The notes beneath the pieces were generated by a model. It searched no databases. It worked only from the letters and a program-made list of their open reading frames with translations, and had not been told where the DNA came from. A stretch of DNA of 64,000 bases. Source: Anthoceros angustus (lineage: Eukaryota > Plantae > Anthocerotophyta). Shown here one piece after another: positions 54,601 through 64,000 of this stretch (position 1 is its first letter; the number at the start of each line of letters is the position of its first letter). A program made the position numbers and the translations under genes. The stretch covers positions 186,001-250,000 of the forward strand of contig MU008166.1 of NCBI GenBank assembly GCA_010909165.1. The letters are read 5' to 3'.

Positions 54601-56727
54601 GAAGTAATAATAAAACATAAATATGTGGGTAGGTGTAGGGTGTGGCCATGCAAGCGGGTGTAGGGAGTGGCACCTAGGAAGCATGAGGAATTGGAAGAGC
54701 TTGTGCATGCAAAGGAATGCAAAGGAAAGCTAGAGCAAGGACTTGGTGAGAACGCGTGCCTGTGTGTGCAAGGAGAAGGAGGTGTGCGTGCATAAGGAGT
54801 TGTGTGAAGGGATTTGAAGCACAATCTGAAGAGGGCAAGGCTGAATTTTGTGCCTAGGACCTTGCAAGTGAGGGATTTGGGCATAAGGAGTTGTATGTTG
54901 TGAGGACATCAAGTTTGAGCTAGGTGGGACCGTGGAGTGAAGAGGAAGTAAGTGGAAAAGGGCAAGTGTTCTCTTGGTGGATTTTGTGGCGAGTGAAGAA
55001 ATCTAAATTGTGTGTAGACACCGAGGTGACAACTAGGTGGAAACAAGGTGGGGTGTGCCCAAGCTTGTCTTGGTGCGCTTATTTTGAAGGCAAGATGGTG
55101 AAAGCGCCGCACCTAAGAAGGGCAAGGGTTGCTAGGGAGCCAGGAGAAGAGGAACTTGAGGAATTGGAGAATAGGGATGCAAGGACCGATCTGGTGGACA
55201 GCCCAACACATCCGGCTATATGGAAGGCCAGAGGATGACTCGGAGGAGGAAGAGGAAGGCATGGAGCAAGATCCGCCACGGGAGACCTTCTTGCAAAGGA
55301 GAGCGTGGAGGCGGTAGGGCCATAAGAAGTGACCCCACGTCCGTAGGAGGTGTAGAGGGTGGCCCTACATCCGTAGGATCACCGGCGCGACGCATCTAGA
55401 GGTAATTGAAGAGGTTGGTGGTAGCTTGGAGCGTGGGGCTCATTGCTTGGGGAGACTTTCTCTTTAGAGGAGGACAGTATTAATGCTTGTCAACCCAAGA
55501 GGGTGTGTTGACTAGCTAGATAGGAATGTTGACAGAGCCATTAAGGCTCACATAGGTAGAATTTGCTAGAATAGAATTTTACCCAAGATGCTTGGATGTC
55601 GAACTTAAAGTCGTAGGATACACTAAAATAAGGAGTGAGGCAGCAAGAGGGCGCGCTGTGGGAGGTCAGATGTGAGGACCTCCCTAAAAGGAGGGAGCTT
55701 GTGAAGTAAAATTATCGTCTTGCGCCCACCGCGAGTCCTTTGCTCCTTGTGAAGGAAGTTCGTGCCTGCAAGCTAACGAAGGCCGTAGAGAGGGAGTTTG
55801 GTCGGAGTTTGGCGGAGCTCGCCTGCGGCGCCTCGCAGTTGCTCCCTGTGAATGGTTGCCGTGAAATTGCTTTGCTTTGGGTGTGTGCGATGCCCAAGGA
55901 ACTCTCGGCTTGAGGGTAGACTACAGGAAAGACTCGGAGGTTCTCGTCTGCAAACTCATAGCAACCCCGCCCAAGGAAGAACTTGTTGTAGGCACTCCTG
56001 TGCGCCAGCTGTAAGGGCGAGCTAGGCTGAGCTTGAAGTAAGGTTAGATTAGGAGGATGAGGAGTTGAGTTGAGGTGAGTGTTGAGGAGAATGTGGAGCG
56101 AATGTTGAGTAGAGGAGTAGGTAGAGATTAGGAGTAAGAAGAAGGCCCAAGTCGAGCCTATGAGGGGGTCCCAACCGCACCAAACCGAGACCGGAAGCCG
56201 GGCTAAGGTCTCAAAATCACGGGTGGAGAAGTCGCTACACGTCAGAGGGGGTCCCGGCGAGACGGTGGACCTACCAGGGGCGGGACCCACGATCGAGGAT
56301 GTCGCAGGTCCAGGAGTGGTGATTACCTGAGCGCGGAGTGGCGGCCGCCGAGTTGGTGGTTGAGGATGCCAATTGTGGGAAGGCGGCGGGAAAGGAATAG
56401 TGGAAGATCACGGGTGGTGAAGTCGCTAAACGTAGGGGGTCCCTACGCGTGTAGCACGACCACGCAGAGGGTGTGGACCCACAATGAGGGTGTCGCAGGT
56501 AGAGGCGCAGAATTTACGCAAAGGCAGCGGTGTAGCCGCTGAGAGGAGCGTGAGAGGGCGCCTTGCTTGTTTAGAAGGCCGAGGTAGTGTAGTTGTAGGT
56601 AGCATCGATTTCAAGATCCGACTGTTCCACAAGTCTCATGGGACGAAACCCAACGTACGAAACGACAGTGGGATAAGTGTGGCCACTAGAGGGTGAATCT
56701 CGGAAGCCCCGGGATTTTGCCACCACA
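51665..56727 (+). repeat. 3' LTR of Gypsy-A (about 4.0 kb after removing the 53469-54570/54570-55695 duplication)
   Basis: Preceded by PPT GAGGAGGGGAGTA, ends CCACCACA followed by TSD GAAGG. Confidence 0.92.
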
Positions 56728-56732
56728 GAAGG

Positions 56733-57367
56733 CACCCGTCCTTCCATTTAGGGAGCGCCCTTACACCTTGCTCAAGAGGGTTTCGCTTAAGGCAGATCTA
56801 TTTTTGACCTGGGGGGATCAGGTTTCGGTTGCTGATGTGGTTGTAACCGATCCCACCCGGATGTGTCTCGCGAACATGTTATTCTTAACCCTTCGTTGGG
56901 CGGCGAGGGATGCGCGACGGCTAAGGTCCACAAGTACTCTCCTGCAGACGGCCACGCTTCGTCCCCTTGCCATTGAGACTCACGGAGCCATGGGCAAGGA
57001 TTTCTCTAGGTTCATCAAGGCCTACGCCAAGGCTTATCATAGCCGCAAGAATGGGGTTAGCCTCCCCCTTTCTTGCATTGTTGCTTTCTTCCGGCAAAGG
57101 GTTTTCATCGCTCTGCAGAGGGCGTTGGCCAACGCAGTGTACAGAACGACAACGAGCGCGGGTGATGCAGCTTCTTCGACACCGGTGGTAAGTAGGCCTT
57201 TTCATTTCCCTGTCCACGAAGTTCTTCGGGCGGTTGGTAGTTTTGAAATGCGTGATTGTGGGGCTAGTCCCCCTGGCATAGTGCCCTTCGATGGATTTTT
57301 CCCCCTTTGTTTTTGGGGTGGATGGGTTTTCCCCGTCTCTTTTTTATAACAAAGTCTTCTTTTCCTC
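56733..57367 (+). mobile_element. 3' part of the RLE-type LINE: restriction-like endonuclease domain and 3' tail
   Basis: ORF 56693-57349 reads KADLFLTWGDQVSVADVVVTDP, then K..KY (AAG GTC CAC AAG TAC in a shifted frame, 56923-56937), then PLAIETHGAMG and FFRQRVFIALQRALA. These follow the D...D, K..KY, P..ET.G and Q-R-x-S-I-A-L-Q-R layout of CRE-type RLE elements. Followed by the 16-bp TSD. Confidence 0.85.
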
Positions 57368-57461
57368 GAATGCACGCTTCCCGACGCAGCCCACTTAGTT
57401 GCGTAAAACACTCGGAATGCACGCTTCTCGGTGCAGCCCACTTAGTTGCGCAAAACACTTC
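57368..57461 (+). repeat. Two tandem 47-bp units; the first 16 nt of unit 1 form the LINE target-site duplication GAATGCACGCTTCCCG
   Basis: Unit 1 at 57368 GAATGCACGCTTCCCGACGCAGCCCACTTAGTTGCGTAAAACACTCG; unit 2 at 57415 GAATGCACGCTTCTCGGTGCAGCCCACTTAGTTGCGCAAAACACTT. The same 16-mer precedes the LINE at 21388-21403 (exact) and 23523-23538 (one mismatch). Confidence 0.85.
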
Positions 57462-58380
57462 TTTCCTGCCTAAACTCATGTCTTTACTTATCAGTTCCAA
57501 ACGACAGGTGAATCATAGTTCATTCACGAAACGCATCTAAGCTTATGAGCTCATGTGGATCGCTGGAGCTGGATGTGCTGGGCTCCGGAATCTGCACTTG
57601 CAAAGTGGCTGGCCAATGTGTCATTGTGCTCACATGGCAGGCTTGCGGAGATGCGAGGTTGTTTGATGAGCTCCTCGCCGTCATGCTTCGTGCATGCCCT
57701 TTGAACTGACCCGCTTGTAATGCCAATTCGGTTTGAAATGCTTACTCTCCCGCGCATTACGAACAGGAACACGGGACAGGTGAACTCGTTGAACACTGCG
57801 GACGGTGAAAAGAGAGCCAGCTGCCGGAGGGTTGCTCGCCGGGAAGGGAGAGGATGCCGGGTTTGTGCCACACGAGCGGTACGGTGAGCAGGCGCCTTTC
57901 TTTGCTGATGAAGTTTGGGCGACGGGCGCCAATACACTCAAGGGCGATCAGATTCAGCAACCCGGTTCACCAGAAACCACATTCATGACTGTTGTCTGTA
58001 CTAAGGTACAGAGTGGACGGACATTGTCTCACTGCCGTTCTGACAATTCAGAGGATAGTATAATGAATACAAGAGGACGCGTCTTGTACTAGGTACTCAT
58101 CAATCAGTCGTTGCCATGAAAGTGTCAGAGCTTGTCAGGAACAGGCAGGTGGACCAGCTACTGTACCGGGCCTCCAGTTCCCGATACATACATACATACA
58201 TACCATACAGTAGTCTGAAGTTCCGGGGCTACGGTTAAGCTATCCAAGCCTACAAACTACTTACTTCAGACTTTCAGAGCCTACGGCTTCTTCTAGATTT
58301 CACCTAGTTCTCACCACCACTGGCAAGACATTTAGGCTCAGAACGGGGTTGGGAGGATGGCAGTTACAAACAATATCTAC

Positions 58381-60041
<1,661 letters not shown>

Positions 60042-60618
60042 CTTCGTGCGGCGTTGAGGGACATAAATAGCGGAACAGTCATAACGGACGTGCCAGACGC
60101 CATCGTCACTCTATCTCATGTTGGAGCATGGAACGCGGGCCATCGGGTGGTGAGGAGATCCCAGTCTCCGGCCCGCGGCTCGGGCCAATGGCTTGCCTGC
60201 TCCCGACCCGCCCTCCTTTCTTGCCGTCTCCCCGAGGTGCGTCACGTGCTGATTTTTATGGGCGATTAATGCCCCTGGCCCTTCTTGGTCCGGCCAAGCG
60301 TGTGTCCGTTTTCCGTTGCCGCCTTGGATTGGGCAAGGCCTTTCCCTACGTCCGTACTGCGTTAGCTCGGTACAGTGGGTGGCATTGCGGGACATGCTGG
60401 CGCGTCACCACCTTGCTTTCCACATTCTGGGGCACGAGGAAATGATGATCTGCCGGCCGGGAACCAAGCCGGGGCGTTCTTAAACGGGATGAACGTGCAG
60501 GCATGGGTCGGAGCTGGGGTTATGAAGGGATCCAGGATCCCAGGATAGCAGGCTCCAGCATCCAGTCTTGTGGAAGCATCAAATCCCTCTGTCGCGCTGC
60601 GGGCTTCGGAGGTGGAGT

Positions 60619-60619
60619 N
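60619..60619. other. Single N: probable scaffold or contig join
   Basis: The only ambiguous base I found in the window, at the boundary of the 3.16-kb duplication. Confidence 0.85.
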
Positions 60620-61539
60620 TTTCCCCGCCTAAACTCGTGTCTTTACTTATCGCCCAAACGCATGTGAATCATAGTTCATTCACGAAACGCATCTAAGCTT
60701 ATGAGCTCATGTGGATCGCTGGAGCTGGATGTGCTGGCTCCGGAATCTGCACTTGCAAAGTGGCTGGCCAATGTGTCATTGTGCTCACATGGCAGGCTTG
60801 CGGAGATGCGAGGTTGTTTGATGAGCTCCTCGCCGTCATGCTTCGTGCATGCCCTTTGAACTGACCCGCTTGTAATGCCAATTCGGTTTGAAATGCTTAC
60901 CTCCCGCGCATTACGAACAGGAACACAGGACAGGTGAACTCGTTGAACACTGCGGACGGTGAAAAGAGAGCCAGCTGCCGGAGGGTTGCTCGCCGGGAAG
61001 GAGAGGATGCCGGGTTTGTGCCACACGAGCGGTACGGTGAGCAGGCGCCTTTCTTTGCTGATGAAGTTTGGGCGACGGGCGCCAATACACTCAAGGGCGA
61101 TCAGATTCAGCAACCCGGTTCACCAGAAACCACATTCATGACTGTTGTCTGTACTAAGGTACAGAGTGGACGGACATTGTCTCACTGCCGTTCTGACAAT
61201 TCAGAGGATAGTATAATGAATACAAGAGGACGCGTCTTGTACTAGGTACTCATCAATCAGTCGTTGCCATGAAAGTGTCAGAGCTTGTCAGGAACAGGCA
61301 GGTGGACCAGCTACTGTACCGGGCCTCCAGTTCCCGATACATACATACATACATACCATACAGTAGTCTGAAGTTCCGGGGCTACGGTTAAGCTATCCAA
61401 GCCTACAAACTACTTACTTCAGACTTTCAGAGCCTACAGCTCCGGCTTCTTCTAGATTTCACCTAGTTCTCACCACCACTGGCAAGACATTTAGGCTCAG
61501 AACGGGGTTGGGAGGATGGCAGTTACAAACAATATCTAC

Positions 61540-62807
<1,268 letters not shown>

Positions 62808-64000
62808 CTCCCCTGCCGAAATCAAACAAATCAACACAAAACCGTGTTAGCACAAAGTTCCCTTCCAAGCTCTAAAAGCTCTCACTAAAGCAAAGCGAAC
62901 CACAGCAAAGCAAAGCAACCCACAGCAAAACAAAGCAAACCAGGAATTGCCCCGCCATTCTGTCCTCCATGCATGCTACTCCTTCCAAGCCCTAGCTCTG
63001 TGGATCCAGAAATGCAGCAAGAATGCGAGCCTCGGCTCACTCACCCGCCGCAGAGTCTGAATTGCTGAGGCGGGAAGGACACGGTCGCTTTGGAGCAGCT
63101 ACAGTTCGAATCGAGCGCGGGGGAAGCAACGGACTCCACTCGACTCCACTCCACTCCAAAGCACTTCACTTCTTCACTTCAGGACTTCACGTCTTCACCT
63201 TCGTGCGGCGTTGAGGGACATAAATAGCGGGAACAGTCATAACGGACGTGCCAGACGCCATCGTCACTCTATCTCATGTTGGAGCATGGAACGCGGGCCA
63301 TCGGGTGGTGAGGAGATCCCAGTCTCCGGCCCGCGGCTCGGGCTGCCATGGCTTCTTGCCTGCTCCCGACCCGCCCTCCTTTCTTGCCGTCTCCCCGAGG
63401 TGCGTCACGTGCTGATTTTTATGGGCGATTAATGCCCCTGGCCCTTCTTGGTCCGGCCAAGCGTGTGTCCGTTTTCCGTTGCCGCCTTGGATTGGGCAAG
63501 GCCTTTCCCTACGTCCGTACTGCGTTAGCTCGGTACAGTGGGTGGCATTGCGGGACATGCTGGCGCGTCACCACCTTGCTTTCCACATTCTGGGGCACGA
63601 GGAAATGATGATCTGCCGGCCGGGAACCAAGCCGGGGCGTTCTTAAACGGGATGAACGTGCAGGCATGGGTCGGAGCTGGGGTTATGAAGGGGATCCAGG
63701 ATCCCAGGATAGCAGGCTCCAGCATCCAGTCTTGTGGAAGCATCAAATCCCTCTCGGTCGCGCTGCGGGCTTCTCGGAGGTGGAGTTGGCGATGGAAGCT
63801 GGGGTCTGGTGAATCGGCCCCTCAACGTGTGTTGCGTGTATGCTTCCTAGTTGTTAAGTAGGTGGAGGTGCAGTTATCAGAAGAGGTGGAGGAATCACAG
63901 CAATATCTTCCTGGTTGAAAAGTGGGTAGATGTTGCGTAAAGGGATTTTAAAGGATCACGCACAAGGTGGGGGATCTTGGGTTCTGTCCGCCCTTCAAAG

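Larger units (their letters stand above)
24050..56727 (+). mobile_element. Athila-like Ty3/Gypsy LTR retrotransposon Gypsy-A (internally deleted; carries nested Gypsy-B)
   Basis: TGTGGAATGCAAAAG starts both LTRs (24050, 51665) and CCACCACA ends both (31326, 56727). A perfect 5-bp TSD GAAGG lies at 24045-24049 and 56728-56732. PBS at 31330-31343, PPT at 51652-51664. Confidence 0.93.

Noticed and set aside
57368-57461. CRISPR-like array
   Set aside because: Only two adjacent units with no unique spacers, no cas genes, and a eukaryotic context.
57551-58092. ORFs between the LINE and the GMD stop codon (e.g. 57805-58092)
   Set aside because: No recognisable motif, and the reading frames differ between the two duplicate copies. 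Not supportable as a gene.
60063-60069. TATTTAT (minus strand) as the GMD TATA box
   Set aside because: It lies only about 21 nt from the candidate UTR splice donor, leaving no room for a first exon. Unsupported without transcript data.

Overview
Eukaryotic plant-type DNA, GC-rich and probably from a non-angiosperm streptophyte (the lineage is my inference). About 57 kb of stacked transposable elements lie roughly 1 kb downstream of the only host gene I recognise, an intron-containing GDP-mannose 4,6-dehydratase (GMD) on the minus strand. Left stack: CACTA-B (minus strand, 5' TIR at 23239) is interrupted by Copia-1, which is interrupted by an LTR element plus Copia-2, which is interrupted by CACTA-A (3' TIR at about 11153). 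Right stack: a 5'-truncated restriction-like-endonuclease (CRE/R2-group) LINE with a 16-bp target-site duplication is split by Athila-like Gypsy-A (24050-56727, TSD GAAGG), which is split by related Gypsy-B (32356-48196). Throughout the window, 0.2-3 kb segments occur twice back-to-back and differ mainly by small indels. The GMD locus is duplicated across a single N (60619), and the two copies carry complementary homopolymer frameshifts. This points to an unpolished long-read assembly with false duplications, so many frameshifts and copy numbers here are probably artefacts. The most biologically interesting items are the RLE-type LINE and its repeat target, an ORF remnant inside the Gypsy-B LTRs, and an LTR whose PPT orientation conflicts with the adjacent Copia gag-pol. 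All protein-family calls are from motif recognition by eye, not database searches.
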